From Escherichia coli (GTDB lineage Bacteria; Pseudomonadota; Gammaproteobacteria; Enterobacterales; Enterobacteriaceae), in the NCBI RefSeq assembly GCF_016026235.1, contig NZ_CP065613.1: a stretch of DNA of 64,000 nucleotides; one strand, 5' to 3'. The notes under the pieces were generated by a model, which was not told the DNA's origin, made no database searches, and saw nothing but the letters and a program-made list of their open reading frames with translations. Positions 1-12,014 of this stretch are shown here, piece after piece. A program made the translations under genes and the position numbers. Each line of letters begins with the position of its first letter. Within the stretch, counting starts at the first letter, position 1.

Positions 1-507
1 ACAACCAATCGGAATGGTCACAATGCCCGCCAGCACGCCGAGCGCCAGATAACGACGGTCAGAAGGTTCGATAATGCCGAGCGCCACCGGAATGGAAAAC
101 ACAATCGTTGGCCCCATCATCGACCCGAGAATTAACCCAGAGTATAGCCACGCGGCTACGTCGCCGCCCGCCAGCTCTTTGGCGAGGAAGAAGCCGCCCA
201 TATCGCACGCCAGCAGCGTTCCGGCGAACATCGATGGGTTAGCGCCGAGCATTTCGTAAACCGGAATAATTACCGGCCCGAGAACGTGAGCCAGTACCGG
301 TGCCAGCGCGGTCATACCGACCATCGCCAGGCCCAGTGCGCCCATTGCCATAAAGCCTTCTTCGAACTGACCGCCTGATCCTTCGATACTTTTACCGAAC
401 TTACCGAGGAAACGAGCAGAACCGCCGAACTGCGACAGGATCCTGTCTACGGCAGCTATCAGCATAAAGAACATCATGATGTACATGATGATTTCGTTAA
501 TTCCCAT
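1..507 (-). CDS. eutH: Ethanolamine permease EutH, 5' portion only (gene runs off the window start)
   Basis: Reverse-strand ATG at 505-507 with GGAG upstream; N-terminus reads MGINEIIMY; open frame continues to position 1; sits downstream of eutG as in the eut operon. Confidence 0.8.
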   Translation of the reverse strand, partial: MGINEIIMYIMMFFMLIAAVDRILSQFGGSARFLGKFGKSIEGSGGQFEEGFMAMGALGLAMVGMTALAPVLAHVLGPVIIPVYEMLGANPSMFAGTLLACDMGGFFLAKELAGGDVAAWLYSGLILGSMMGPTIVFSIPVALGIIEPSDRRYLALGVLAGIVTIPIGC

Positions 508-539
508 CGCCTTTACTCCCTGTTAGTTGTTATTTATTA

Positions 540-723
<184 letters not shown>

Positions 724-1911
724 TTATTGCGCCGCCGCGTACAGGCCGACAATCTGCTCCAGGCTGGCGGTACGCGGGTTGCTGCGCAGACAAATATCTT
801 CCAGCGCGGCCTGCGCCCATGCACCGTAATGCGCAGATGTCGCGCCAACATCGCCCAGTCGTTTACCAATCCCAACTTCCGCAATCAGCTCACTTACCGC
901 GTTAATAGCGTCACGATCGTCGGATTTTTTAGTTCGCAGTGCCCGACCAATCTGACTAAAGCGTCCGCGACAAACCATCCGGTTAAACTCCATCACCGTT
1001 GGCAGCAACATAGCGTTCGCGAGACCGTGCGGAATATGCAGCGCCGCGCCCGGCTGATGCGCCATCGCGTGGCACAACCCAAGACCCGCACTGGAAAACG
1101 CCATTCCCGCCATACATGAAGCCAGCAACATGCTCTCGCGCGCGGCAAGGTCGTGACCGTAGCCCACCGCTTTCGGCAGCGATTTGCCAATCATCGCAAT
1201 GGCACCAATCGCCAGACTGTCGGTAAACGGTGTAGCGTTCAGGGCGCTGTATGCTTCAATGGCATGGGTTAACGCATCAATGCCGGTCATCGCCGTGACA
1301 TGCGACGGCACACCCTCGGTCAATGCGGCGTCGAGGATCGCCACATCCGGCATCAACGAGGCATGGGCTAACACCTGCTTGCGCCCGCTCACCGCGTCGA
1401 TAATCACCGTTACGTTGGTGGTTTCAGAGCCGGTTCCGGCAGTAGTCGGAATGGCAATCAGCGGCAAGCGCGGTTGCAGAACGCTGGTTTCTGACATTTC
1501 TGCCAGCGTGCTATCCGGGTTCGTCACCAGCAACGCCACGGCTTTTGCGGCATCCAGCACCGAGCCGCCGCCAAATGCGATCACCCCGTCACAACCTGAC
1601 TCACGCAACTGCGCCACGGCTGCACACACGTCGGTAATGCACGGTTCGCCCACCGGACATGGCCAGAGCGTCATGGCGATACCTTTAACGGTCAGGCTAC
1701 GCGTCAGCCCGGCGGTCATCCCTGCCTGATGCAAAAAGCTGTCTGCCATCACGAACAGATGTTTCAGCCCACGCGTTTGCGCTTGCTGTCCGCAACTGCT
1801 CACCGAGCCCGGACCACAAAGCGTCACCGGTGGAACACTAAATGTTTTTACCCGTTGCAGATTCAGGGTATCGAACGCCTGAAAGAGCGCGGTCTGCAAT
1901 TCATTTTGCAT
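724..1911 (-). CDS. eutG: Ethanolamine-utilisation alcohol dehydrogenase EutG
   Basis: ORF track 724..1938; start moved to the internal Met (MQNELQTALF) to give 395 aa; iron-type ADH-like sequence; operon position. Confidence 0.85.
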   Translation of the reverse strand: MQNELQTALFQAFDTLNLQRVKTFSVPPVTLCGPGSVSSCGQQAQTRGLKHLFVMADSFLHQAGMTAGLTRSLTVKGIAMTLWPCPVGEPCITDVCAAVAQLRESGCDGVIAFGGGSVLDAAKAVALLVTNPDSTLAEMSETSVLQPRLPLIAIPTTAGTGSETTNVTVIIDAVSGRKQVLAHASLMPDVAILDAALTEGVPSHVTAMTGIDALTHAIEAYSALNATPFTDSLAIGAIAMIGKSLPKAVGYGHDLAARESMLLASCMAGMAFSSAGLGLCHAMAHQPGAALHIPHGLANAMLLPTVMEFNRMVCRGRFSQIGRALRTKKSDDRDAINAVSELIAEVGIGKRLGDVGATSAHYGAWAQAALEDICLRSNPRTASLEQIVGLYAAAQ

Positions 1912-2737
1912 ATAGCCCCTCCGCTTTCTCTCGCCCACTACTGGCGATCGCCAGCGGGGTCATAAACAAACTGTGCTGCGGTAAATGCACCTGTAACGCC
2001 GGGAATTGTTTGCGAAACAGTTCCGCCACGCCCGGTTGCATACAAGAGCCGCCCGCCAGCCATAAATCAGTAATGCCCTGCCCTTCAATATGCCGAGCGA
2101 CAATGTCCGCCATTTTTTCGTACACCGGTTTCACCGCAGGCCAAATCTCTTCACCGTGACCGCGCTTGTACTGCTCCGCCTCTTCCAGCGAAATACGGCG
2201 ATTTCCGGCGAGAGTCAGAGAGATGTGATGTCCGCCGGTGGCTTCATCCGCCGAGTACGTCACCTTGCCCTTTTTCACGATGGCAATGCCGGTAGTGCCG
2301 CCGCCGATATCCACTACACCGGCGTTGTCCAGTTGCAGCAGATCCGCAACTGCGGTTGGCTCATCCAGCACATGGCTCACTTCCAGTCCGGCAGATTCCA
2401 GCACGTTGATGGAAATACGCGGGTCCGTACCTGGAGGAAATGAAGTCGCCGCATGGCTAAAACGACGACCGAATTGCTGCTCGAGCGTGTCGAGATGGCG
2501 ACGAACAATGGTGACAGCGCCGAAGAAATCCCAGACGATGCCGTCGCGAACCACATCGGCCCAGTCGAGGCATACCGCCACTGGCTGACCGTCGCGGTCG
2601 ACAACCATCGACACCACATCGCAGGTGCCCAGATCCACCCCCAGCCACAGCGGAGATTCCGTCGCGGCGGGCGTCTGGTTACACAGCGTTGCCGCCGTTT
2701 GCAGACGTGGGGTGAGCCATTGTTCGTCGTGCGCCAT
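1901..2737 (-). CDS. eutJ: EutJ, actin/Hsp70-fold chaperone-like protein
   Basis: 278-aa ORF; GVDLGTCDV and DIGGGTTGIA ATPase motifs; operon position. Confidence 0.85.
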   Translation of the reverse strand: MAHDEQWLTPRLQTAATLCNQTPAATESPLWLGVDLGTCDVVSMVVDRDGQPVAVCLDWADVVRDGIVWDFFGAVTIVRRHLDTLEQQFGRRFSHAATSFPPGTDPRISINVLESAGLEVSHVLDEPTAVADLLQLDNAGVVDIGGGTTGIAIVKKGKVTYSADEATGGHHISLTLAGNRRISLEEAEQYKRGHGEEIWPAVKPVYEKMADIVARHIEGQGITDLWLAGGSCMQPGVAELFRKQFPALQVHLPQHSLFMTPLAIASSGREKAEGLYAK

Positions 2738-2747
2738 CTGTTACTCC

Positions 2748-4151
2748 TTAAACAATGCGAAACGCATCGACTAATACACAGCGACGCAGACGGACAAACG
2801 TACGCGCGCTGGTTACCCCTTCACCGGTTGGCGTGGTGATGGTCATGGTGGTCCAGCCTTCCCCGCCCAGCCCCAGCCCAGCAATGCACGGTCCGTTCTT
2901 AACGAAAATGCTGGTATCAATAGCGTTCGCCATCTGGTTCATGTTCTCAATATTGCGCGAGTGCATTGCCGCCGTGTGGTGGCAACCGCCTTCCAGTTTC
3001 ACCGCCAGCGCAATGGCATCCGCCACGTTGGCGACGCGCACGACGGGCAGCACCGGCATCATCAGTTCGGTCACGGCAAATGGATGTTCTGCAGTGGTTT
3101 CCACAAACAGCAAACGCGTTTCTTGCGGCACGTTCAGGCCGATTGCCGCCGCGATTTTCGCCGCATCGCGACCAACCCAGTCACGGCTGACGGTGCCTTT
3201 TCCGCGCTCGTCGATATTTTTCAGCAACACCGGTTGCAGCTGCTGCGCCTGTTCTGCGGTCAGTTTCACCGCGTGCTGGCCTTCCATCAGACGCATCAGT
3301 TCATCGGCTACGCTATCAACAACAATCAGTACCTTTTCGTCGGCACAAATGATGTTGTTATCGAAAGACGCGCCTTTGACGATGGACTGAGCAGCACGGG
3401 CGAGGTCAGCGGTTTCATCCACCACTACCGGCGGGTTGCCAGCGCCTGCGGCAATCAGACGTTTATTGGTGTGTTTACGCGCCGCTTCTACTACCGCTTC
3501 GCCGCCGGTCACCACCAGTAGGCCTATACCCGGAAACTTGAACAAGCGTTGCGCGGTTTCGATATCCGGATTTGCCACAGTAACCAGTAAGTTTTCCGGC
3601 CCGCCTGCGGCAACAATCGCCTGGTTGAGCAGCGTGATCGCCCGCTGGGAGACTTTTTTCGCCGCCGGATGCGGGGCAAAAATGACGCTGTTGCCCGCGG
3701 CAATCAGGCTGATGGCGTTGTTAATTACGGTTGCCGCCGGGTTAGTGGAAGGCGTCACCGAAGCCACCACGCCCCAGGGTGCGTTTTCAATTAGGGTCAG
3801 GCCGTTGTCGCCAGTCAGCACTTGCGGAGAGAGGCACTCAACGCCTGGTGTGCCGCGCGCCTGAGCGACGTTTTTTGCAAATTTATCTTCAACGCGCCCC
3901 ATGCCGGTTTCACTGACGGCAAGTTCCGCTAAATCTCTGGCGTGTTTTTCGCCTGCTTCACGAATGGCAGCAATGGCTAACTGGCGCATTGCCACGCTCT
4001 TTAACCCTTGCTGGGCAATTTTGGCTGCCGCAACAGCGTCATCCAGGGACGCGAAAACGCCCATCTCATGAACGGCGGCGGGCGGCGTGTCACTGCTTTG
4101 CATTTTCAGCAGTACCGCTTTCACCACCTGTTCAATATCCTGTTGATTCAT
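2748..4151 (-). CDS. eutE: Acetaldehyde dehydrogenase (acetylating) EutE
   Basis: 467-aa ORF with aldehyde dehydrogenase family features; operon position. Confidence 0.9.
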   Translation of the reverse strand: MNQQDIEQVVKAVLLKMQSSDTPPAAVHEMGVFASLDDAVAAAKIAQQGLKSVAMRQLAIAAIREAGEKHARDLAELAVSETGMGRVEDKFAKNVAQARGTPGVECLSPQVLTGDNGLTLIENAPWGVVASVTPSTNPAATVINNAISLIAAGNSVIFAPHPAAKKVSQRAITLLNQAIVAAGGPENLLVTVANPDIETAQRLFKFPGIGLLVVTGGEAVVEAARKHTNKRLIAAGAGNPPVVVDETADLARAAQSIVKGASFDNNIICADEKVLIVVDSVADELMRLMEGQHAVKLTAEQAQQLQPVLLKNIDERGKGTVSRDWVGRDAAKIAAAIGLNVPQETRLLFVETTAEHPFAVTELMMPVLPVVRVANVADAIALAVKLEGGCHHTAAMHSRNIENMNQMANAIDTSIFVKNGPCIAGLGLGGEGWTTMTITTPTGEGVTSARTFVRLRRCVLVDAFRIV

Positions 4152-4162
4152 GATGTTCTGCC

Positions 4163-4450
4163 TTATTTGTGGAAAATTACCTGACCGCCAGACACCACCT
4201 CATCGACGATGCCAATCACGCACAGATCGACCGGTGACGTTTCGCTTTTATGCGCCTGGCGGGCGGAACTGCCACTCACCAGCAACACCCACTCCCCGGT
4301 TCCCGCGCCAATATTGTCGATGGCGACGGCACATTGCCCGTCAGGATTACCTTGTGGATCAATCATTTCCACCATCAGCAATTTGTCATGCGCCAGTCCG
4401 TGATGGCGTACGGTACAAACAATTTGTCCAGTGACGACTGCCAGTTTCAT
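4163..4450 (-). CDS. eutN: Microcompartment vertex protein EutN
   Basis: 95-aa ORF, EutN/CcmL-like; operon position. Confidence 0.85.
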   Translation of the reverse strand: MKLAVVTGQIVCTVRHHGLAHDKLLMVEMIDPQGNPDGQCAVAIDNIGAGTGEWVLLVSGSSARQAHKSETSPVDLCVIGIVDEVVSGGQVIFHK

Positions 4451-4556
4451 ACCCGCCTCCGTGGCGTATTTCAGGTAAAAGCTCCCCCTACCCTCCGCGG
4501 AAGGTAAAATGAAAAATGAGAGAGCGTGACGCCCGAATCGACGTCACACAGGGTGA

Positions 4557-4850
4557 TTACAGGTTGCTGCTATCGCCTTTCAGGCCGATCGGGAACACTT
4601 CTTCCAGGTCGCCGTGCGGACGCGGGATAACGTGTACAGATACCAGCTCGCCGATACGCTGTGCCGCTGCGGCACCGGCATCGGTCGCCGCTTTACAGGC
4701 TGCAACATCACCACGAACCATGGCAGTACACAGGCCGCCGCCAATCTGCTTAACACCAACCAGCTTGACGCGCGCAGCTTTCACCATCGCGTCAGAAGCC
4801 TCAATCAGTGCAACCAGGCCCCGGGTTTCGATCATTCCTAATGCTTCCAT
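4557..4850 (-). CDS. eutM: Microcompartment shell protein EutM (BMC domain)
   Basis: ORF track 4557..4892; start at the internal Met ([11 protein letters not shown]) gives 97 aa. Confidence 0.85.
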   Translation of the reverse strand: MEALGMIETRGLVALIEASDAMVKAARVKLVGVKQIGGGLCTAMVRGDVAACKAATDAGAAAAQRIGELVSVHVIPRPHGDLEEVFPIGLKGDSSNL

Positions 4851-4888
4851 TGTGCTTTCCTCTTTATCAGGGTCCAGAACGGGACCGT

Positions 4889-5905
4889 TCATTCAACCAG
4901 TGTTTGTAAACTGCTTTCGCGGTTCATTTCTGTCTGACGCGGCACAGCTGCCACCAGCGCCAGCTCGATAATTTCCTGCACGCTACAACCACGAGAGAGA
5001 TCGTGCATCGGCGCGGCAAGTCCTTGTATCAATGGCCCGACGGCACGATATCCGCCGAGTCGTTGTGCGATTTTGTAGCCAATATTTCCGGCTTCCAGCG
5101 ACGGAAAAACCATCACATTGGCCTTGCCCTGTAGCGGGCTGGCAGGCGCTTTTTGCGCCGCCACTTCCGGCACGAAGGCGGCGTCAAACTGCAACTCGCC
5201 ATCGACTACCAGCTTTGGTGCGCGCTCACGGACGATTTCTGTCGCCTGCTGGACATTGGCAACGCAGGGGTGACGGGCGCTACCGTTGCTGGAAAACGAC
5301 AACATCGCCACGCGCGGCTCTTCTCCGGTGATGGCGCGCCAGGTTTCAGCGCTGGCAAGTGCGATATCCGCCAGCTGCGCCGCCGTCGGCTGTGGCACCA
5401 CGCTGCAATCCGCAAAACCCAACGCCGGACCGCTGTACTGTGGCAGCATCAGGAAAATGGAAGAGAGCGTTTTACAGCCTGGCTGCAAGCCGATAATGCG
5501 TAATCCGGCACGCAGCACATTCGCCGTGGAAGAGAGGTTGCCCGCGATACAGACATCCGCTTTACCGGCGCTGACCATTGCGGCGGCGAACATCAGCGGA
5601 TCGGTAAGTTTTTCCAGCGCATCCGGCGGCGTTTTTTCGCCCGCGCGGGCCAGCCAGCGATGAGCAAATTCTTCCCGCATTGCGAGGTTGCCATGCGGAT
5701 CAATCACCTGTAGCCCGTCCATCGCCACGCCGTGACTGAGCGCAAACTGACGAAGTTCAAACGGATTGGCGACCAGAATGGGCGTTGCCAGACCTTGTTG
5801 ATGTAAATATTGCGCAGCTTTCAGCACACGTTGATCTAACGCATCCGGAAAAACCACTCTGGCGGGCGCTCGCAACGCCAGTTCACGACAACGTTCAATA
5901 ATCAT
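4889..5905 (-). CDS. eutD: Phosphotransacetylase EutD
   Basis: 338-aa ORF, Pta-like; start overlaps the eutT stop. Confidence 0.9.
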   Translation of the reverse strand: MIIERCRELALRAPARVVFPDALDQRVLKAAQYLHQQGLATPILVANPFELRQFALSHGVAMDGLQVIDPHGNLAMREEFAHRWLARAGEKTPPDALEKLTDPLMFAAAMVSAGKADVCIAGNLSSTANVLRAGLRIIGLQPGCKTLSSIFLMLPQYSGPALGFADCSVVPQPTAAQLADIALASAETWRAITGEEPRVAMLSFSSNGSARHPCVANVQQATEIVRERAPKLVVDGELQFDAAFVPEVAAQKAPASPLQGKANVMVFPSLEAGNIGYKIAQRLGGYRAVGPLIQGLAAPMHDLSRGCSVQEIIELALVAAVPRQTEMNRESSLQTLVE

Positions 5906-6705
5906 TGCGTTTCCCCCAGTCGTTGTTGGATCTGCTTCACCGTTAGCGGCTGCTTCGTTACGCTCAGGATCATCATCACGTAGACCGTGCTGGAAAGGCG
6001 GTTCAGCGCCTGCAAAATGTCCGGGCGTAATACTTCAAAGCTGCGGGTGATAAAGACCTGCGCCGCTACGGTTTCGGTTTCCCGCACTTTGGTGCGTAGC
6101 AGATTGAGCAACGCAGCATCGCGCCCGTGGCTGGCTTCCGGCACCAGATGATCGTGGTCGAGATAGCGCAGCGGCTGATGAGAAAGCCGATGCAGATCTT
6201 CGTCAGAAAGCCCGACAATCGCCTGGCAGCCCAACGGTTCCCCCAGCGCATCGGCACGCATAATGTTGCCAAGACGCGAACGGATATCCGCCAGCCACGG
6301 CTGCCACGGTTCCGCCAGTTCAATTTGCAGCCACACTGCCAGCGCAATGGTGCTGTCGAGAACCGCGCGAAAACCCAGACGCGGATCGCTTTTGGCGACC
6401 ATTTTTTCCGCCGACAGATGAGTCAGCGTATCCGGCTTTTTTGCCACCGGCTGGCGGCACAGTTCGCAGCACGCCTGCGGATGTTCATCGCTACTGGTCA
6501 GCCCATGAACGGGCTGCGGCTGCTGCTGTTCATCGTCAACAAACAGGCGGCCCTGCTCGTCAATAAACTTGATGCGCAGATGGCGGCTTTCCAGTAACTC
6601 CCGGGCAGAGGGCGTCAGGCGACTGTCCGCAGGGAGATGGATCTCTGCGCCTTCGCTGAGCGTATGGTTCGCTCTTAGCCATGCTTCGGTGATGAAATCT
6701 TTCAT
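5902..6705 (-). CDS. eutT: Cobalamin adenosyltransferase EutT
   Basis: 267-aa ORF; operon position; overlapping stop/start with neighbours. Confidence 0.85.
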   Translation of the reverse strand: MKDFITEAWLRANHTLSEGAEIHLPADSRLTPSARELLESRHLRIKFIDEQGRLFVDDEQQQPQPVHGLTSSDEHPQACCELCRQPVAKKPDTLTHLSAEKMVAKSDPRLGFRAVLDSTIALAVWLQIELAEPWQPWLADIRSRLGNIMRADALGEPLGCQAIVGLSDEDLHRLSHQPLRYLDHDHLVPEASHGRDAALLNLLRTKVRETETVAAQVFITRSFEVLRPDILQALNRLSSTVYVMMILSVTKQPLTVKQIQQRLGETQ

Positions 6706-7403
6706 AGGGATTGCCAGTTAGCCGGCCAGGCGACATACAGGAATTTCACGCTGGATGTCGTACCAAATTCGATGCTGGAGCCTTTCGGGATAAACATTAC
6801 GTCGCCTGCTTTGGCGATCATGGTTTCGCCTTCGTGGCGAACATGCAGCTCGCCTTCCAGCACCATGTCGATTTCGTCGTAGTTCAGGGTCCACGGGAAG
6901 AATGCGTTGTCCCACTGCATAAAACCAGCGGCCATGCTGCTGCCGTCGTCTCCGGTCACAAGGTCAGTTAAGCCCACGCAATGCGGCTCTGCGCCATCAA
7001 AGCGACCAAACTTGACGCTGCTGCCATCAATCACTTTGATGCCGCCTTTGCCGGTCACCGATTTGAAGCTCGGCTGCATTGCACCCTGCTCCAGCGACTG
7101 TTTTTCCTTCATCACTTTTTCCATCAACTGCGCGACCAGACTTTCGGTAAACTGGCCTTCCGGCAGCTGGGCAATGATGGTTTCGCGGATGCGCTGACTT
7201 TCGGTTTTATCGGCTGGCACGCTGGCGGGAACGGACGCCGTTACCGGGGACGATTCATCACATTCGGTGATGGTAAAACCCAGTAGATCCGCCACTTCAC
7301 GGGCTTCCGGGGTAATAATGCTGGCGCGCAGAACCACGGACATTGCCTGTTCGCCGCGCGCGTGTGCTTCACGAATATCATTCGCTGTGATGAGTTTTTT
7401 CAC
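6702..7403 (-). CDS. eutQ: EutQ, cupin-fold protein
   Basis: 233-aa ORF; operon position. Confidence 0.85.
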   Translation of the reverse strand: MKKLITANDIREAHARGEQAMSVVLRASIITPEAREVADLLGFTITECDESSPVTASVPASVPADKTESQRIRETIIAQLPEGQFTESLVAQLMEKVMKEKQSLEQGAMQPSFKSVTGKGGIKVIDGSSVKFGRFDGAEPHCVGLTDLVTGDDGSSMAAGFMQWDNAFFPWTLNYDEIDMVLEGELHVRHEGETMIAKAGDVMFIPKGSSIEFGTTSSVKFLYVAWPANWQSL

Positions 7404-7857
7404 CTGCTTCCTCCTGTTTGGTGAGAGATGCCAGATAATCCACCAGTTGCTGCACGCTTTGCGGGTCGTGGCTGTTTAGCTCGAAAATCGGCTCTTCGAA
7501 GCCCGTCTCAAGCAATAACTTTCGCGTTGCGGCGACGTCAGCATCTGGCATGTCCGTTTTACTGATGACGGCGATTTGCCGTTTGCTGACGCCAATATCC
7601 AGCAACCCGGCAGGCAACCGACTTTCCGGGTCATTCGCGCCGTGGACATAGATCAGCATGTCCACATCCTGTAGCGTGGTAATTAAGGCGTGATACCAGC
7701 GGGGATGGCTAAAATATTCACCCGGCGTATCAATATCGCCCTTATCATTAAATTCCACGGCCTGTGTTTTTCTGGCGAGGGTATAATTCCCCTGCAACGC
7801 ATTAAATAACGTTGTTTTCCCTGCCCCGACGGTACCCACAAACGCAATTCGTTTCAT
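7378..7857 (-). CDS. eutP: EutP, GTPase-like protein
   Basis: 159-aa ORF with P-loop GTVGAGKTT. Confidence 0.85.
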   Translation of the reverse strand: MKRIAFVGTVGAGKTTLFNALQGNYTLARKTQAVEFNDKGDIDTPGEYFSHPRWYHALITTLQDVDMLIYVHGANDPESRLPAGLLDIGVSKRQIAVISKTDMPDADVAATRKLLLETGFEEPIFELNSHDPQSVQQLVDYLASLTKQEEAGEKTHHSE

Positions 7858-7869
7858 GAATGCCTCGTA

Positions 7870-8205
7870 TTAACTTTTGGTCATTTCACAAAGCGTATAA
7901 TTTAATAAGCGACCTAAACCGCTGACGGTTTGTGATAACGCTTCTTCTACTGCGCCCACCGAGCCATAAATCACCAATGCACCACTGAAGCGGTCGAGAA
8001 AACCGATATGCACATCAGCGGCTTTCAATGCTAAATCACCGGCGATCATCGCCGTTTCGCCAGGAGTTAGCGTCATAATGCCAATTGCGCCCGCATCCGG
8101 AACGCCGATTTTCTTCGCCAGTTCCTCGCCGGGATGCGCGATGAGATGCGCCAGCGTGACCTGTTTGCCGGGCACAAATTCCTGAATGATGCGTTCTTTA
8201 TCCAT
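7870..8205 (-). CDS. eutS: Microcompartment shell protein EutS; first gene of the operon
   Basis: ORF track 7870..8277; start at the internal Met ([10 protein letters not shown]) gives 111 aa. Confidence 0.8.
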
Positions 8206-8450
8206 GAGTCGCCGCCTGTGAAAAACTTTCGTGTATCGTGACAATTTTTCGTCAGAGTAAATAACAAAATTCGGCAAGCGCGTTTAAAAGGTGAGGTAGA
8301 TCACTAAGAATGGAGAGATATTTACTGTTATGAATAAACTTTCATATGCGACGCATGAATATAAATAAAATAATATCGAGATATTTTATATTGCTTTTTT
8401 TATTATTCGTAAACTCAGTAATAAGCTTTACTAATATATTGCAGCTGGAC
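8206..8450 (-). promoter_or_regulatory. AT-rich eut operon promoter/leader region upstream of eutS
   Basis: About 250 bp of AT-rich non-coding DNA immediately upstream of the first eut gene; no specific -10/-35 or EutR site assigned. Confidence 0.4.
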
Positions 8451-8495
8451 CGCTTACCCTGAATATTCAGGGTAAGCGTGAGAGTTAAAAAAGAA

Positions 8496-10775
8496 TTACA
8501 GCGGTTGGGTTTGCGCTTCAACCACGGCCAGCGCCACCATGTTGACGATACGACGCACCGATGCGATCGGCGTTAACACGTGAACCGGTTTCGCCACGCC
8601 CATCAGCACCGGACCGACAGTCACACCTTCTGAGCTGGAAACGCGCAGTAAGTTGTAACTAATGCGGGCAGCTTCCATGTTCGGCATCACCAGAATATTG
8701 GCAGAACCTTTCAAAGGGCTGTCCGGCATACGGTCGTTGCGAATCGCTTCCACCAGCGCTGCATCGCCGTGCATTTCACCATCAATCATCAGTTCTGGTG
8801 CACGTTCCCTGACCAGTTCCAGCGCCTGACGCATTTTGCTCGACGACGGGCAGTCAGAAGAACCAAAGTTGGAGTGCGACAACAAAGCAACGCGCGGCTC
8901 AATACCAAAACGACGGACAGTTTCTGCCGCCATCAAGGTGATCTCCGCCAGCTCTTCTGCGTCTGGTTCGTCATTGACGTAGGTATCGGCAATAAAGGTG
9001 TTACCACTCGGCAGCAGCAGCGCGTTCATTGCACCTGCGGTGTGAACGCCATCGCGATAACCAAAGACATTTTTCACCACGCTAAAATGTTCATGATAAT
9101 CACCCACCGTACCGCAGATCATTGCATCGGCTTCCCCACGCTGAACCATGATCGCGCCGATCACTGTCGGGTTACTGATCAGCGCCCGCTGCGCCTGTTC
9201 CTGAGTGACGCCGCGACGCTTCATGATCTGGAAGTATTCGGTCCAGTACTCTTTAAAGCGCGGATCGGATTCGTTATTGACGATCTCAAAATCAACGCCC
9301 GCTTTGATCTGCAAGCCCAGTTTCTGAATGCGCATTTCGATCACGTTCGGACGACCGATAAGGATCGGTTTCGCCAGTCCCAGCGTTACCAGTTCCTGAG
9401 TGGCATGCAGAACGCGCGCCTCTTCCCCTTCCGGCAGAACTACGCGCTTCGGCGCTTTGCGAGCCTGGGAGAAAATCGGCTTCATAAACAGGTTGGTTTT
9501 GTAAACGAACTCAGTCAGCTTGTCGATGTAGACGTCGAAATCAGCAATCGGACGCGTCGCCACGCCCGACTCCATCGCCGCTTTCGCGACCGCAGGAGCG
9601 ATCTTAACGATCAAGCGCGGATCAAACGGTTTTGGAATGATGTATTCCGGACCAAAGCTCAGATCCTGATCGCCATACGCTGAAGCCACCACTTCGCTCT
9701 GTTCCGCATGGGCCAGTTCTGCAATCGCGCGTACCGCCGCCAGTTTCATCTCTTCGTTGATGGCGGTTGCGCCAACGTCCAGCGCGCCACGGAAGATGAA
9801 CGGGAAGCAAAGGACGTTGTTGACCTGGTTTGGATAGTCAGAACGACCGGTGCAGATGATGGCATCCGGACGCACTTCTTTCGCCAGCGGCGGCAGAATT
9901 TCCGGTTCCGGGTTCGCCAGCGCCAGGATCATTGGTGCCCGAGCCATTTTCTTCACCATTTCCTGGGTCAGCACTTTCGGGCCGGAACAGCCGAGGAAAA
10001 TATCTGCGCCTTCAATCACATCATCGAGGGTACGTTTGCCGTCATCCACTACCGCATATGCGGCTTTGGTTTCCGCCATGTTTGGCTCACGGCCTTGATA
10101 GATAACGCCTTTTGAATCGCAAACCACGATGTTATGTTTTTGCAGACCCAGCGCTACCAGCAGGTTCATACAGGCGATTGCTGCAGCACCCGCGCCGGAA
10201 ACCACCATACGCACATCAGAGATGTTTTTCTCCACCACGCGCAAGCCGTTGAGGATGGCGGCAGTGCTGATAATTGCCGTGCCGTGCTGATCGTCGTGGA
10301 ATACCGGAATATTCATCCGCTCGCGCAGTTTCTGTTCAATATAGAAACATTCTGGCGCTTTAATGTCTTCGAGGTTGATGCCGCCGAAGGTCGGTTCGAG
10401 CGCAGCGACGACTTCAATAAATTTGTCCGGGTCGAGTTCATCAACTTCAATGTCAAATACATCAATTCCGGCGAATTTCTTAAACAGAACGCCCTTGCCT
10501 TCCATCACCGGTTTGCCCGCCAGCGCGCCAATGTTGCCTAACCCCAGCACCGCCGTACCGTTAGAGATCACCGCCACCAGGTTACCGCGCGCGGTATATT
10601 TGTAGGCTTTTAACGGGTCTTTTTCGATTTCAAGACAAGGTGCGGCAACGCCTGGTGAGTAGGCCAGCGCCAGATCGCGCTGCGTTGCCAGAGGCTTGGT
10701 TGGAGAAACCTGGATTTTCCCTGGAACTGGAAATTCATGGAAATCAAGTGCACTTTGTTTTAACTGGTCATCCAT
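8496..10775 (-). CDS. maeB: NADP-dependent malic enzyme (malic enzyme domain fused to a Pta-like domain)
   Basis: 759-aa ORF with N-terminal malic enzyme and C-terminal phosphotransacetylase-like halves. Confidence 0.92.
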   Translation of the reverse strand: MDDQLKQSALDFHEFPVPGKIQVSPTKPLATQRDLALAYSPGVAAPCLEIEKDPLKAYKYTARGNLVAVISNGTAVLGLGNIGALAGKPVMEGKGVLFKKFAGIDVFDIEVDELDPDKFIEVVAALEPTFGGINLEDIKAPECFYIEQKLRERMNIPVFHDDQHGTAIISTAAILNGLRVVEKNISDVRMVVSGAGAAAIACMNLLVALGLQKHNIVVCDSKGVIYQGREPNMAETKAAYAVVDDGKRTLDDVIEGADIFLGCSGPKVLTQEMVKKMARAPMILALANPEPEILPPLAKEVRPDAIICTGRSDYPNQVNNVLCFPFIFRGALDVGATAINEEMKLAAVRAIAELAHAEQSEVVASAYGDQDLSFGPEYIIPKPFDPRLIVKIAPAVAKAAMESGVATRPIADFDVYIDKLTEFVYKTNLFMKPIFSQARKAPKRVVLPEGEEARVLHATQELVTLGLAKPILIGRPNVIEMRIQKLGLQIKAGVDFEIVNNESDPRFKEYWTEYFQIMKRRGVTQEQAQRALISNPTVIGAIMVQRGEADAMICGTVGDYHEHFSVVKNVFGYRDGVHTAGAMNALLLPSGNTFIADTYVNDEPDAEELAEITLMAAETVRRFGIEPRVALLSHSNFGSSDCPSSSKMRQALELVRERAPELMIDGEMHGDAALVEAIRNDRMPDSPLKGSANILVMPNMEAARISYNLLRVSSSEGVTVGPVLMGVAKPVHVLTPIASVRRIVNMVALAVVEAQTQPL

Positions 10776-11063
10776 TTGGTTGTTCCTTTCACGTAACGTT
10801 CACAAATAAAGTGTGTGGGCAACAGCCCCTGCCCACAACGTGGCGCACATTATTACCTTGCCGGAGTCTACAGACTTTGAGCAAGTCCAAACTCTCACCA
10901 TTAATATAATGTTTTGGTAATAATCCTATAACACTGATGTTACCTGCTTAATCCAGCAATACCATGCCTGTCTGCTATGCTTTTTTGATGCGTTTAGCGA
11001 AATTTCTCAGAAGTGTGAATTAACGCACTCATCTAACACTTTACTTTTCAAGGAGTATTTCCT

Positions 11064-12014
11064 ATGAACGAGTTAGACGGCATCAAACAGTTCACCACTG
11101 TCGTGGCAGACAGCGGCGATATTGAGTCCATTCGCCATTATCATCCCCAGGATGCCACCACCAATCCTTCGCTGTTACTCAAGGCTGCCGGATTATCACA
11201 ATATGAGCATTTAATAGACGATGCTATCGCCTGGGGTAAAAAAAATGGCAAGACCCAGGAACAACAGGTGGTCGCAGCGTGTGACAAACTGGCGGTCAAT
11301 TTCGGTGCTGAAATCCTCAAAATCGTACCCGGTCGCGTGTCAACAGAAGTTGATGCACGCCTCTCTTTTGATAAAGAAAAGAGTATTGAGAAGGCGCGCC
11401 ATCTGGTGGACTTGTATCAGCAACAAGGCGTTGAGAAATCACGCATTCTGATCAAGCTGGCTTCGACCTGGGAAGGAATTCGCGCGGCAGAAGAGCTGGA
11501 AAAAGAAGGTATTAACTGCAACCTGACGCTGCTGTTTTCTTTTGCACAGGCACGGGCCTGTGCGGAAGCAGGCGTTTTTCTGATTTCGCCGTTTGTCGGG
11601 CGTATTTATGACTGGTATCAGGCACGCAAACCGATGGACCCGTATGTGGTGGAAGAAGATCCGGGCGTTAAATCGGTGCGCAATATCTACGACTACTATA
11701 AGCAACACCACTATGAAACCATTGTGATGGGCGCGAGCTTCCGTCGCACCGAACAAATCCTCGCCTTAACCGGCTGCGATCGACTGACTATCGCACCGAA
11801 TTTGCTGAAGGAGGTGCAGGAAAAAGTTTCGCCAGTGGTACGTAAATTAATCCCACCTTCTCAGACGTTCCCACGCCCAGCTCCCATGAGCGAAGCGGAG
11901 TTCCGTTGGGAGCACAATCAGGATGCGATGGCGGTAGAAAAACTGTCTGAAGGCATTCGTCTGTTCGCCGTTGATCAACGCAAACTGGAAGATCTTCTTG
12001 CCGCCAAACTATAA
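11064..12014 (+). CDS. talA: Transaldolase A
   Basis: 316-aa ORF, transaldolase family; immediately upstream of tktB. Confidence 0.92.
   Translation: MNELDGIKQFTTVVADSGDIESIRHYHPQDATTNPSLLLKAAGLSQYEHLIDDAIAWGKKNGKTQEQQVVAACDKLAVNFGAEILKIVPGRVSTEVDARLSFDKEKSIEKARHLVDLYQQQGVEKSRILIKLASTWEGIRAAEELEKEGINCNLTLLFSFAQARACAEAGVFLISPFVGRIYDWYQARKPMDPYVVEEDPGVKSVRNIYDYYKQHHYETIVMGASFRRTEQILALTGCDRLTIAPNLLKEVQEKVSPVVRKLIPPSQTFPRPAPMSEAEFRWEHNQDAMAVEKLSEGIRLFAVDQRKLEDLLAAKL

Noticed and set aside
8769-9683. Long ORFs on the strand opposite established genes (for example 8769..9683 antisense to maeB, 12253..12990 antisense to tktB, 30415..31113 antisense to tmcA, 44691..45275 antisense to hyfG, 55435..56340 antisense to upp)
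   Set aside because: They lie wholly inside well-recognised conserved genes on the other strand, have low-complexity or Arg/Cys-rich translations, and long antisense open frames are expected by chance in GC-rich coding DNA
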